From positions 1 to 64,000 of IMG/VR virus record IMGVR_UViG_3300031957_002938: DNA of 64,000 bases, one strand, 5' to 3'. The stretch is from a virus. Shown piece after piece: positions 20,815 to 30,637 of this stretch; the stretch's first letter is position 1; each line of letters opens with the position of its first letter. The position numbers were made by a program, and so were the translations under genes. Below the pieces are notes generated by a model. That model did no database searches. It was not told the DNA's origin and saw only the letters and a list, made by a program, of their open reading frames with translations.

Positions 20815-21401
20815 TGGCCGCTCTTCCTTTAGACGTAAAAAACGCTTTAAAAAGGCAAGTTCCCAAAGCTGTTAGAAAAGACTTTGAAAAGGAAATTAGA
20901 GACAAATTTAAAAAAATAAAACAGGAAATGATAAAAGAGTTTTTGAGTGATCCTGTTACTATGGAAATTATGGCTGGCCCTTCATCCACAAACATCAGCG
21001 GGACATTAGGAGGAATCAGCAATTTGTTTGCTTTTATAGGATTTGATCAAGGAGATCAACCAATAGCTCCAATACTAAATTCTTTAGAAAGTGTAGACAT
21101 TATTTATAACAAAGAATTAAATAAAACAAATCAAATAGGCGTTAGTTTCAATGTATTCTTACCTACAGCAGAAGAAATTTTTGCCATAACCCCTTTACCT
21201 TGGGCTACAGGAAGAAGTTGGGCGCAAGGAATAGAAAGAGGTCTATCAGGATTAGGGTTTTTATTAAGGAAAGAAGGGGGTAGATCGGGAGCAGCGGTCC
21301 AATCGCGTGTAAACAAAGTGAGGGGAGGCAGGTTCCAGAATAGACCCTATATCTCTAGTTTTATAAATAAGTATAAAAAAAGATTTGAAGAGTTAAAATG
21401 A
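20814..21401 (+). CDS. Putative tail completion / neck protein
   Basis: Basic protein with C-terminal RPYI; canonical position between closure and terminator. Confidence 0.45.
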   Translation: MAALPLDVKNALKRQVPKAVRKDFEKEIRDKFKKIKQEMIKEFLSDPVTMEIMAGPSSTNISGTLGGISNLFAFIGFDQGDQPIAPILNSLESVDIIYNKELNKTNQIGVSFNVFLPTAEEIFAITPLPWATGRSWAQGIERGLSGLGFLLRKEGGRSGAAVQSRVNKVRGGRFQNRPYISSFINKYKKRFEELK

Positions 21402-22246
21402 TCGAACAATTCCAACATAAACTAACCACATCTTTCTTTTTGTGGTTTGATAATTTTCTCCTTAAACATGGAGAAGCGTATACCAATACTACTGGTCAAT
21501 TTTTTTATTACGACGATTCTAGGTTGGATTCTGACTATAAAGCTTACGGAAGCCCCTATAAACAATGGGTTACAGACTCATCCATAACAGGCGCTACTGT
21601 TCCTTCTGGAGTTTTTATTGATGGATCATTTTCTGGAAGAAGTGATGGAGTTGTCTTAGATTTTGATAACGGAAGAGCTTTAATAAATAATTCTGTTACA
21701 GGGTCTAGCATAACTGGCGAATTTGCAGTAAAAGATTTTAGTGTTTATTTAACAAATGACACAGAGGACGATTTGATAGTGGAAAACAAATATTCCATAA
21801 ATTCTAGGCTTCCTTCAGGCCCACTTACTTACATAGACCCATATGATGATGTTGTGCCAGCTATATTTTTATCTACTGCTCAATCAGAGAATGAACCTTT
21901 CGCATTTGGGGGTATGCAAGAAACAAAAGTCCAAGCTAAAGCTGTAATCATAGCTGAAGATACTTATCAATTAGATGGAGTTTTATCTATTTTTATGGAC
22001 TCTATAGATGAAACAATAACTCCAATTCCTATGTCAGATTACCCTATAACAGAATTGGGAGATTTAAAAGGAAACACTTATAGCTACACAGGGACAACTA
22101 ATAACCACACAGGACAAATTAATTTCTATGTTGATAAAGTAAGGACATCCAAACTAAGCGACAGAACTAGAAGAGAGCTAGCTAATGAACTTTACATCGG
22201 ATTTATCGATTTTGACTTACAACAACATAGATTTCGATTCCAATAA
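21398..22246 (+). CDS. Putative tail terminator / neck structural protein
   Basis: Immediately upstream of the major tail protein. Confidence 0.45.
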   Translation: MIEQFQHKLTTSFFLWFDNFLLKHGEAYTNTTGQFFYYDDSRLDSDYKAYGSPYKQWVTDSSITGATVPSGVFIDGSFSGRSDGVVLDFDNGRALINNSVTGSSITGEFAVKDFSVYLTNDTEDDLIVENKYSINSRLPSGPLTYIDPYDDVVPAIFLSTAQSENEPFAFGGMQETKVQAKAVIIAEDTYQLDGVLSIFMDSIDETITPIPMSDYPITELGDLKGNTYSYTGTTNNHTGQINFYVDKVRTSKLSDRTRRELANELYIGFIDFDLQQHRFRFQ

Positions 22247-22295
22247 TTTCATATTTTAATAATAAAACTGTAAACAAAAGAAAGAATCTTTAATT

Positions 22296-23393
22296 ATGGC
22301 TAGAAACAGAGTAATTTATCAATCAGAAGCAGTATTCGTCAACCAAGACGCTGGACAAAGAAACGGATACAATCAGCTAGAGCGAGTGCAAAGCGCTAAC
22401 TATAGCTTCACCATTAACCGTCAAGATATAAACCAATACGGACAACTAGGAAAACTGGATAGTATTCAGCTAGACGCTCCTACCGTGAACGCAGATATCA
22501 GTTATTATCTCACTGATGGGTTTACAGAGCGAGCTTTAGGCTTTTTCGTGCAAACAGGGAGCAATACTCAAGGTTTTTGTTCAGGCCATTTAGCTGACGG
22601 TTCGGGTAGAAACCTTATTGTTCTTACAGTTCCAGAAGGAGAAGATGCAAGTATTCCTTCACAAACTCCAACCGCTACAGATAGCACAATTGGAATTGGA
22701 AATGCTTACTTAAGCGATTATTCAGTGGAAATGGCTGTAGGAGCTATTCCTACAGTTTCGGTGGCTTTTGACGCTCTTAACATTAATTCAGATGATAATG
22801 CTTCCGCTATCGCCAGCCCAGCTATTGACCCAGTAAATGGAACTGAAATTGGTGAGGCTGCGGTTTTACCTAGTACAAGAACTGGTCAAGGAGATATCGC
22901 CGCATTGCGCCCAGGAAATATTACGGTTAACTTGAGCAATTTTGATAGCACTCCTTTCCCTCTTGCTAACATTGGCACTGATAAAGATGGAGGCCACATT
23001 CAAAGCGCTAGTCTTAGCGTTCCTTTGAGCAGAAGTAAACTTGAGCGTCTTGGAAGTCGCTCTGCTTATGCACAAAGCGTTGATTTCCCAGTCACAGCGA
23101 CTCTTAATGTTTCTGCTATTCTTAATGAAGTCGAAGCTGCCAACTTAGCCGCTATTGTAGATGATGAGAGCGAAAAAGAAATCACTGTGTCAATTGTAGA
23201 TGACAATGCAGCGCCTACTATTAAATATACTCTTAAAGGTTGCTCAATGGACTCACAGTCTATCTCTTCTAGTATTGGTTCTAATAAATCAGTTGATCTG
23301 ACTTTCAGCACTTCTGTTGGTGGTCCTAACGATACCACTCATGGAGTATTCATGAGCGGAGCTTCTACAACTGCCTTAAACGCTCCATCTTAA
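22296..23393 (+). CDS. Major tail tube protein
   Basis: MARNRVIYQSEA start, Ser/Thr/Ala-rich beta protein, internally duplicated tube domain, own promoter-like motif. Confidence 0.75.
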   Translation: MARNRVIYQSEAVFVNQDAGQRNGYNQLERVQSANYSFTINRQDINQYGQLGKLDSIQLDAPTVNADISYYLTDGFTERALGFFVQTGSNTQGFCSGHLADGSGRNLIVLTVPEGEDASIPSQTPTATDSTIGIGNAYLSDYSVEMAVGAIPTVSVAFDALNINSDDNASAIASPAIDPVNGTEIGEAAVLPSTRTGQGDIAALRPGNITVNLSNFDSTPFPLANIGTDKDGGHIQSASLSVPLSRSKLERLGSRSAYAQSVDFPVTATLNVSAILNEVEAANLAAIVDDESEKEITVSIVDDNAAPTIKYTLKGCSMDSQSISSSIGSNKSVDLTFSTSVGGPNDTTHGVFMSGASTTALNAPS

Positions 23394-23394
23394 T

Positions 23395-23643
23395 ATGAGC
23401 AAAAAAGATTTTCTACCTAAAAAGGAAAACTACTCTTCCCCGTCTAACGGGGAGGAGAAAATTTTCGCAAAGAAATCAATTTTATCTGACATTAAGAAAG
23501 ATTTCAAACATGTATCTGAACTTTCTCGTTATGTCGGCAAATTAAACTCTTCTGATAAAAAGAAATTTGCTGAAAAATATGGCATTTCTTATAAAGACGA
23601 AAGTGAAATTAGAGGTAAAGCAAAAGCCAAATACTTAAAATGA
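23395..23643 (+). CDS. Lys-rich hypothetical protein
   Basis: ORF coupled to the tail tube gene. Confidence 0.5.
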   Translation: MSKKDFLPKKENYSSPSNGEEKIFAKKSILSDIKKDFKHVSELSRYVGKLNSSDKKKFAEKYGISYKDESEIRGKAKAKYLK

Positions 23644-23861
23644 GTGATTTAAAAAAGAAAACAACTACCAAGCCTAAAGCTGCTCCTAAAAAAGCTACTC
23701 CTAAAAAAGAAGCTCCCAAAGAGATTAAAAAACCTCAAGCTAAAACTTTAGGTCAGTTAAAAAAAGACTTTGTAAGTGCGCGTAAGGCTAATCCTGAAAA
23801 AAGCGATACTCTTCGTAGTGAATACTTAGAAGCCAAGAAAGCTTTAAAAGCCTCTCTCTAA
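23640..23861 (+). CDS. Lys/Ala/Pro-rich histone-H1-like basic protein
   Basis: KPKAAPKKATPKKEAPK; ATGA overlap. Confidence 0.5.
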   Translation: MSDLKKKTTTKPKAAPKKATPKKEAPKEIKKPQAKTLGQLKKDFVSARKANPEKSDTLRSEYLEAKKALKASL

Positions 23862-24343
23862 ATATAGGTTACGCCTACTCCACTGGCATCAATACCACCC
23901 AGTTGTCTGGGTTGAGCTTGGTATATATTATACTGTGCAGATAGCTGTGTGACTCTATCCATGCAGTCGTTGGCTAGCCCTCTGTATACTTTTGATACTT
24001 CATTGCGATTAACGAACGTAACAGCGCTTTCTCCATCTCGTAGAGACAATACGTTATCTCCACTGGCAGTAGACGTTGTAATGCCTCTAAGGGCGTTTCT
24101 CGCTTGTTTATTGTAGTAATTAGAAAGGTATAGTTCTTTTAACACACCTTGAGCCTCAATATCCATTTCTCCATATGTGCCGCTAGCTCCATCTCCACTA
24201 AAGTTAGTATACAAATAGGTATTTACTTGCCCTAGATTTTCAAACAACCAACCACTGACATTAGATACAGTAGCAATTCCTGTGTCACCATCAAACTCTG
24301 TGACAACAATTCCTGAAGCGAGATCTTCTAATACGTTCGGCAT
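23858..24343 (-). CDS. Putative head-tail adaptor
   Basis: Second gene after the capsid gene; helical N-terminus plus SLRDGESAVTF hairpin typical of adaptors. Confidence 0.5.
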   Translation of the reverse strand: MPNVLEDLASGIVVTEFDGDTGIATVSNVSGWLFENLGQVNTYLYTNFSGDGASGTYGEMDIEAQGVLKELYLSNYYNKQARNALRGITTSTASGDNVLSLRDGESAVTFVNRNEVSKVYRGLANDCMDRVTQLSAQYNIYQAQPRQLGGIDASGVGVTYI

Positions 24344-24371
24344 ATAGTGTATTACACTATCTTTTAGTATT

Positions 24372-24821
24372 TTAACTCTCTAACCAATCAAGAAGTTCTT
24401 TATGCTGTGGATTATTTGGATCTAGCTCAATAGCTGGAACTGGTTGGGGCGCTGTAGCTATATTACCTCTGCTTTTATATCTATTAAATTCTTTGATAAT
24501 ATTGTCCCTTACAACTGATGCATTATAGTAAGGATTCACTCCTACCTTCCTAGAGAAAGCCTGTAAGTCTGCTTTACTCATTTTGTTTAACTTTTCTTTT
24601 AGAACTTCTAAATCATTTGTTCCAAAAGAGTTAGTTTCTCCTGTGCCAAAAATAACTTCAATCTCCTGCATCACCTCTTTATAACGAGCGGTGCTAGTCT
24701 CCCCCTTTTCTCTAAGCTCCTCCAATTCTTCCAGAAGACCTTTTTTAGCAGGTTTTTCTTGCCCTGTAGTTACTTCTTCAAATGGGACTTCTTTATTTTT
24801 AGCTGTTTTCTTTTTAGCCAT
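24372..24821 (-). CDS. Hypothetical protein with possible Rho-N/SAP-like helix
   Basis: LNKMSKADLQAFSRKVGV; follows the capsid gene. Confidence 0.5.
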   Translation of the reverse strand: MAKKKTAKNKEVPFEEVTTGQEKPAKKGLLEELEELREKGETSTARYKEVMQEIEVIFGTGETNSFGTNDLEVLKEKLNKMSKADLQAFSRKVGVNPYYNASVVRDNIIKEFNRYKSRGNIATAPQPVPAIELDPNNPQHKELLDWLES

Positions 24822-24853
24822 ACAATATTATATACACTTAATTAATAAATTAC

Positions 24854-24886
24854 AAAAAAAAAGCCGCTCCCGAAGGAACGGCTTTC
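24854..24886 (-). terminator. Rho-independent terminator after the major capsid gene
   Basis: GCCGTTCC-TTCG-GGAGCGGC followed by T9 on the minus strand. Confidence 0.85.
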
Positions 24887-24908
24887 TTTATAATTTAAAA
24901 GGTTGTTG

Positions 24909-26072
24909 TTAACCTCCCTTAATAAGTCCGAGAAGAACACGGTTGTCGAGGACAACTCGTCCTTCTTCAAGCTGACCGTAGTAACCAATCTTGTTCTGAC
25001 GAACGCTATACTGGTCATCTGCGACGAGATTAAGCTCACTGCTGCTATCTGGATCAGTAGCAACAACACGCATAAGTGAATCGCGAGTACGATCAACACC
25101 GACGATAATTTCGTCAGTTGCACCTGCAAATTGTGCGCCTCTAGCACCATCATAGGTCTTATAGGTCGCATTTCCAGCAGCGGTGTCGAAGATAGAGTTA
25201 AACTTCTCTCCTTTACCCATCTCGTTAAATTCCAAGATGTTAACACCCATGAAGCTATCAAGACCTGCATTCTGATAAAGCTCGTTACGAAGCCCTTCAG
25301 GAGCAGCAAGAGGGTTTTGAGATCCATCTGTAGCAGCCGCTCCAGCTCCGTCACCACCGCGAGTGTTCACAGGGTTATAAGCCATTGCGCGGATACTTCC
25401 AACAACTTCTGGAGAACAAACGATATCAGTGATACCGCGAGTACGAGTAGTGGGAGTTCCACCGATCCAAGAAGTGTTGATGCGCTTCGCAAGAGTCATG
25501 AGCTTATTGAAATCATCAATAAGAACACTGTCTGCAAGAGCAGTCCTGAAGATCTGCTTGTCCTCAAACAAAGGAGAAGTTTTAATCGAAGCGCCAGCAA
25601 GAGAAGTCATAAGAAGAGAAGCAGAAGTGCGCTCTTGCTTAAGAAGAATCTCTTGGGCAACACGGGTAAAGGTTTTCCCAACAACATCCATGCGGCTCTT
25701 TGCTGCATAGCGGCGATCAAAATCAACAGCGGCATCAAGAGTGTAAGTAGCTAACTTAAGCTCGGAAGCTGTAGGAAGCACTTGGTTGCTTGGAAGACCA
25801 CCTGCGTGACTTTGACTCCAAACTCTGACGTAATCTTCGTCAGCGATGTCGTAGTAAAGATCAAGCGGGATGCTTGGGTTGTCATCCGCGTCAAATTGAA
25901 GCGAATTGAAAAGGTTGCTAACAGTAGGAGCGTTGTTGAGAACCTCGGCCAAAACTGGTCCGATGAATTCAGCAAGTGCTACTTGAGCCTCGTATGCCAC
26001 AGAGCGGTTACGAGAAGCCATAGCTTTTACAAGCTCGACTTGTTCTGGAGTTCTTTTTAAAGTAATTTTCAT
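24909..26072 (-). CDS. Major capsid protein (HK97 fold inferred)
   Basis: 387 aa; follows terminase-portal-protease-decoration; raised GC / biased codons; strong terminator downstream. Confidence 0.8.
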   Translation of the reverse strand: MKITLKRTPEQVELVKAMASRNRSVAYEAQVALAEFIGPVLAEVLNNAPTVSNLFNSLQFDADDNPSIPLDLYYDIADEDYVRVWSQSHAGGLPSNQVLPTASELKLATYTLDAAVDFDRRYAAKSRMDVVGKTFTRVAQEILLKQERTSASLLMTSLAGASIKTSPLFEDKQIFRTALADSVLIDDFNKLMTLAKRINTSWIGGTPTTRTRGITDIVCSPEVVGSIRAMAYNPVNTRGGDGAGAAATDGSQNPLAAPEGLRNELYQNAGLDSFMGVNILEFNEMGKGEKFNSIFDTAAGNATYKTYDGARGAQFAGATDEIIVGVDRTRDSLMRVVATDPDSSSELNLVADDQYSVRQNKIGYYGQLEEGRVVLDNRVLLGLIKGG

Positions 26073-26091
26073 GTTATAAAGTCCTTTCTAA

Positions 26092-26760
26092 TTATGAGTT
26101 ACAATCAAACGACACAACGATGTAATTACCAGAGAACTGATCTGTGGTAGGCCCAACATTGGAGCGTGTTCCTGTTCCGAGAACGTGACCAAAAACCTTA
26201 TCCTCATCTACTAAGTCTCCAGTAGTAATATTAGCAAGTGCAACACTTGTAAAACCAGTAATTTTACCAGCGTTAGAAGAGAGCTTGATCTTATTTCCTG
26301 GGGCGTAGCTTGTAATTGGTCCGTCGAAAGCAGCAGCAGCTAAAGTAAAGATTCCTTTAGTTGCAATAGGAACAGCTTGCCCTGGGAGCATTGCTTGGAG
26401 TTCCTCTTGCTTTTGTGGATTGTAAAGCAGCTTTTCGCCGTTCTCATCGTTTTTAGCGGTCTGATAAAGAGTCATACCAATAGCATGATCTTCGTCTTTA
26501 GCGCCTGTAACTTTAATATTAACTTCAGGATACATCTCTGTAGTTCCAAGGAACGGATAGCTGGTGTTACCCAAGTAGCTGTTCGTTTGGTAAGTTACAG
26601 GATCGTTATCGAAGTTACCGTCTGACACCTTCACAAATACGCCAGCATCGCCAGCGCCTGTTCCAGTGGTACTATCGAGAACATCACTATCAATGATAGA
26701 GTACATGTTCACGACATCGTGATCAGAGTATTGTCTGAATGGTAGAATACGTAATGCCAT
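26092..26760 (-). CDS. Capsid decoration / cement protein
   Basis: Between scaffold and capsid genes; Gly/Thr-rich, PGQAVPIATKGIF. Confidence 0.6.
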   Translation of the reverse strand: MALRILPFRQYSDHDVVNMYSIIDSDVLDSTTGTGAGDAGVFVKVSDGNFDNDPVTYQTNSYLGNTSYPFLGTTEMYPEVNIKVTGAKDEDHAIGMTLYQTAKNDENGEKLLYNPQKQEELQAMLPGQAVPIATKGIFTLAAAAFDGPITSYAPGNKIKLSSNAGKITGFTSVALANITTGDLVDEDKVFGHVLGTGTRSNVGPTTDQFSGNYIVVSFDCNS

Positions 26761-26780
26761 AATTTTAGTTTTTTTTTAAA

Positions 26781-28271
26781 TTAAGAAATTTCAATGTTTT
26801 CGCGAGAAAAAGCAGATTTAAACTTATCCCGCAAAGAGGGTTCGTTAGATGCAACAGCCTCATTTGCATTAGAGACTTCTGCGTCTACAGGTTCAGCAGC
26901 GTCAAGAGCTTCTCCAATTTCGACTTCTTCAACAGAAGCGTTAGAGAGCTTTTTAGCTACTTCTTCATCAATACGAGCTTGAATTTGAGAATTAAATTCT
27001 TCTTGGACCTCTTTGTTCTTGTTTTTCCAAAGAACATCGAGCTTAGAAGCGAAAGCTTCGTAAGAAGCATCATCATCTAAAGTTTTCAGTTCAGAGGCGA
27101 GAAACTCACGATCTTGATCATCAAGTTCGAATTTCTCGTCAATTTGGTCCATACGAGTGTTAAACGAAGCGATAGCTTTTTGAGCTTTCTCCTCATTTTC
27201 ATAACCAGAAATGCGCTCGCTAGCGTTTCCTAGTTTTTCCTCAAGCGCCTTTACAGAAGCTTTAAGGTCTTCGTATTCTTTAATTTTATCTTCTTTTTCC
27301 AATCTCTCTGCTTCGAGATCCTTACGGTACTGTTCGTCCCGTTGACGGATTGCATCAGCAAAGGTATCAGTCATGGAAGCGACAGCTTCCTTTGAGAATT
27401 TCTTCTCATTCAGAAGATCCTTCAATTCATTTAGAGTATTTTCAAGTTCCATATCGATAATGTTCTTTTGTGTGTTTACATTTAAATTATTATTTTGTGA
27501 AATTTTATCCCTCTTATCGTTTATAAAAATTTGAGTTTTTTCAGGAGGCTTCGAATATAAACCTTTCACATCTGCTGCTGGATTTAATGTATAAGCGATG
27601 CCTAGCGGGTATATATCACCCATGATTAATCTGTTTATTTTCTCCCCTTTATCAGTCTTACCATTACCGCCATAACTCCTTAAATTACCTTGTAACTTAG
27701 CTATTTCTTCAGGATCAGATATAATTCTAGCCTCACTTAATTTGTCGCTGCCAACAGCTAAAACATAACTATTGAATCCAACTTCCCAACTAGCAGAAAC
27801 CTTTTGATATTTATCGCTTTCAGAATCTAAGGAATTTTTTACTAAATTAGTAAAATTTGGGTTTACAGTCTTATATAAGACAGCTCCCAAAGAGATATTA
27901 AAAGGTTCTTTAACGGTTTTAACCTCCTCTTCCCCCATTAACTCACTAGACCCGAACTTGCTATAACCAGCAGAAACGATGTGTCCGACAATCTTTTGTT
28001 TATCATGCTCTATATTTGTAGGCTTATGAATAAACTTGTCAGTGTATTTTATGGCTGTAGATGTATCCATCCCATCACCATTTTTGTTAAATTCATTAAT
28101 TACCGCAGCATTAAATGCGACACCCATCAAATCTACGTTTTCATCGTAGTTGATGTTATCAGGCACTAAAGGCTCTAGATTTTCCAAAGAAGCTTTAGAA
28201 ATCAAAGAAGCCTCGCTAATTTCACAAGAAATTAAAGGAGCTTGAAATGTTGTTGTATACTTATACTCCAT
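26781..28271 (-). CDS. Prohead protease fused to a coiled-coil scaffold (start ATG 28271, MEYKY)
   Basis: NKNGDG, NIEH...IVGH and SASWE motifs of HK97/T4-type proteases; acidic coiled-coil C-terminal half. Confidence 0.8.
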   Translation of the reverse strand: MEYKYTTTFQAPLISCEISEASLISKASLENLEPLVPDNINYDENVDLMGVAFNAAVINEFNKNGDGMDTSTAIKYTDKFIHKPTNIEHDKQKIVGHIVSAGYSKFGSSELMGEEEVKTVKEPFNISLGAVLYKTVNPNFTNLVKNSLDSESDKYQKVSASWEVGFNSYVLAVGSDKLSEARIISDPEEIAKLQGNLRSYGGNGKTDKGEKINRLIMGDIYPLGIAYTLNPAADVKGLYSKPPEKTQIFINDKRDKISQNNNLNVNTQKNIIDMELENTLNELKDLLNEKKFSKEAVASMTDTFADAIRQRDEQYRKDLEAERLEKEDKIKEYEDLKASVKALEEKLGNASERISGYENEEKAQKAIASFNTRMDQIDEKFELDDQDREFLASELKTLDDDASYEAFASKLDVLWKNKNKEVQEEFNSQIQARIDEEVAKKLSNASVEEVEIGEALDAAEPVDAEVSNANEAVASNEPSLRDKFKSAFSRENIEIS

Positions 28272-28644
28272 CGCTATATTTTTTAGCCGCGATATCAGTA
28301 AGTAGTTGAGCGTAACTCTTTTTGTCAGACTTTTCCTTCTTTTTGCCATCTTTATAGCCAGCCTTCATCTTTTCTTCAGAATCTTTGTCGAACTTCATGT
28401 CTTTTTTAAGATCCTTTTTTTCAGCATCTTTTTTCTCTGAAGGAGCGCCTTTATCGAGTTTTTTCATTTTGCTCTTGTCATCCTTAACAGCATCTTTTTC
28501 ATGTTCGACTTTTTCTTTTTTGCTGTCTTTCTTCAGTTCTTTGGTATCGATCTTATCATACTGCTTCTTTGTCATTGCGGCTTCGATCTCTTCTGAAGAA
28601 ATAGATACTTCAATTTCTGTAGACTTAAAATTATTGTTTTTCAT
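28261..28644 (-). CDS. Lys/Asp-rich hypothetical protein
   Basis: Low-complexity charged ORF between portal and protease. Confidence 0.55.
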   Translation of the reverse strand: MKNNNFKSTEIEVSISSEEIEAAMTKKQYDKIDTKELKKDSKKEKVEHEKDAVKDDKSKMKKLDKGAPSEKKDAEKKDLKKDMKFDKDSEEKMKAGYKDGKKKEKSDKKSYAQLLTDIAAKKYSDGV

Positions 28645-30589
28645 GGCTGTGATATAAAATTGCGGCTGGGTAAGTTTCTAAAGTATGTTGAGCTGAAATA
28701 TCTAAAACTTCTTTTAAAGTGTCTAAATTTTCAATTTCGTTAAAGTCTTTTACACAAGATTCTAACGTTTCGCCCCAATATTCTTTATTATGGGAACAAA
28801 CGATGGATTCACATAAATTCGACACCATCTCTTCTTGGGCTTGACTAAGCTTAGAAACTTTAAGATGAGATATCATTTTATCTTTTGCATCATGAACAAA
28901 GCTGTCTATATCATAAATAGTTTTTTGTATATTTGATCTAGAATATTTAGCATTAGCCAAGGGGATGTCAGTTGTTCCTTCTGGCCTACCTGCTTCTTTT
29001 CTAGGCCCACTAGCTTTATCATCTGGAGAATATACAGGCACTCCACCCACAATTGGGTTGTAGTAACCTTTTTCTCTGTCTTCCAAGAAGTCTTGTTGTG
29101 CAGAGTCTAATTGATCTGGCTCTGGGAATTTACCATTATGGAACATTTCCATTCCTTGCTCTGGAGTAATAATTCCAAGCTCCATAAGCCTTGTAGATGC
29201 TCTCATCAGTTGCACCTCATCTCTCATATCAATGTCCTTCATCTTAGCTTCTGGCCATGAGCGGAATCCTAAGTCTTTAGCTATTCTTTTAATCTCTTTG
29301 TTTAAGAAATCATTTAAAAATCCATATCTAGACTCTTGTAGCCTATCAATAAATATTTGAGCCTTTACTTGAGTAGAATTAAACTTTTCTTCTCCAACTA
29401 CGATATTCTGCAAGCCCTGCTTGATATCCTCGTTAAGTATTTGATATTTTTGAGGACCGAGAACTAGGTTTAGTTCAGGAATGATAAATTCTGCTTTAGT
29501 CGTGTAATCAGAAACCAACACGCGCCCGACACTCTCGTTTTTAAACAAGTTTTGCATAGCAGCCATGTTATTTGGGTTTACCCCTCCTTTTTCTGGATCA
29601 GCACCCATAGTGATAAGTAAAATAACATTCTCTACAGTTCTAGTGATGGCTTGGTCCATTTTCTTCAACTCCATCTTGGCGTTGATATCTTCAAGGACAG
29701 GGAAACCAAAAGGAACCGCAAATGGCTCATAGTCTTGTTTTTTATAAAAAGAGTAAGATAACCTTTTAGGGTCTAAGTTTATTTTAATACCTTTATTACT
29801 ATAAGATCCGTTATTGATAGAATCTTTAATCTCTGGGTCTAGAGCTTCAAATATAGCTAAGTCTTCTTCTGTTTGAGGGCTTCCAAGTCGCGCTATCTCA
29901 TATTCAGATAATACCTTTTGGTATACACCCCCGTTAGTAAATGTTGTTGACCTTCTAGCAATAACATCGTAAGGATTTAGAAGAATATATTTTAAAGGAA
30001 CTTTATTTGCGGTAGCTCCGATATTGCCTACTTGGTTAATTAATCTAGCATAATCGTCTGCTTTAAATTTGCCATCAATTCTATATAAAAAGATATTACC
30101 ACTTCTGTAATATTCTCTAAAATATTGGTCTTTAAGCCCGATAATGTTAACTTTTTTAAACCACTCGTAAAAAAACTCCCTGCTCTTTTTACTGCCCCCT
30201 TCTAAGTAAATGTCAGTGTTTGTGAACTCTGACATTATATCAATTGCGTTTCTAAATACAGCTACATTACAATAAGCTTTTTGGCACAGCTCAATAGCAT
30301 CTCTACAAGTAACTCCATCAGCACCATACTCATAAGGCAGCAATCCCCTACGGATGCTTGAGAACCTCTCTTTTTGAGTCACATAGGCAGATCTGTTTGT
30401 TCTAGACCCACTGAAAGTGCTTGTGGAAGCTCCTTGCCTTCTAGCTTCAGATGTAGAACTATAAGAGGCATCGGAAGTATAAAAAGGTTCTCCTAAAAGT
30501 TCTGGAGAAGGTTCTTCTCCGATAGTCTGTGATGGGTGAGTGAATTTATCCCAATAATCAGAGCGCTTGGTGTATTTTCTTTTAGCCAT
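28631..30589 (-). CDS. Portal protein
   Basis: 652 aa directly after terminase; VFRNAIDIMSEF, YYRSGNIFLY patterns. Confidence 0.85.
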   Translation of the reverse strand: MAKRKYTKRSDYWDKFTHPSQTIGEEPSPELLGEPFYTSDASYSSTSEARRQGASTSTFSGSRTNRSAYVTQKERFSSIRRGLLPYEYGADGVTCRDAIELCQKAYCNVAVFRNAIDIMSEFTNTDIYLEGGSKKSREFFYEWFKKVNIIGLKDQYFREYYRSGNIFLYRIDGKFKADDYARLINQVGNIGATANKVPLKYILLNPYDVIARRSTTFTNGGVYQKVLSEYEIARLGSPQTEEDLAIFEALDPEIKDSINNGSYSNKGIKINLDPKRLSYSFYKKQDYEPFAVPFGFPVLEDINAKMELKKMDQAITRTVENVILLITMGADPEKGGVNPNNMAAMQNLFKNESVGRVLVSDYTTKAEFIIPELNLVLGPQKYQILNEDIKQGLQNIVVGEEKFNSTQVKAQIFIDRLQESRYGFLNDFLNKEIKRIAKDLGFRSWPEAKMKDIDMRDEVQLMRASTRLMELGIITPEQGMEMFHNGKFPEPDQLDSAQQDFLEDREKGYYNPIVGGVPVYSPDDKASGPRKEAGRPEGTTDIPLANAKYSRSNIQKTIYDIDSFVHDAKDKMISHLKVSKLSQAQEEMVSNLCESIVCSHNKEYWGETLESCVKDFNEIENLDTLKEVLDISAQHTLETYPAAILYHSHEKQ

Positions 30590-30637
30590 AAATATAATTT
30601 ATCTTACACGACAAAGTTAACTTTCAACTTTTAAAAG

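Noticed and set aside
23433-23457. Hairpin CTTCCCCG-TCTAA-CGGGGAGG as the tail tube terminator
   Set aside because: Lies inside the next ORF and lacks an adjacent U-tract; function unsupported
25131-26060. Long antisense ORFs over the capsid gene (also those over the tape measure, nrdA, DUF932 and ruvB)
   Set aside because: Shadow frames of biased coding sequence; no recognisable motifs or promoters
28272-28349. Upstream start for the protease ORF
   Set aside because: Overlaps the preceding gene extensively; ATG 28271 gives the usual short overlap
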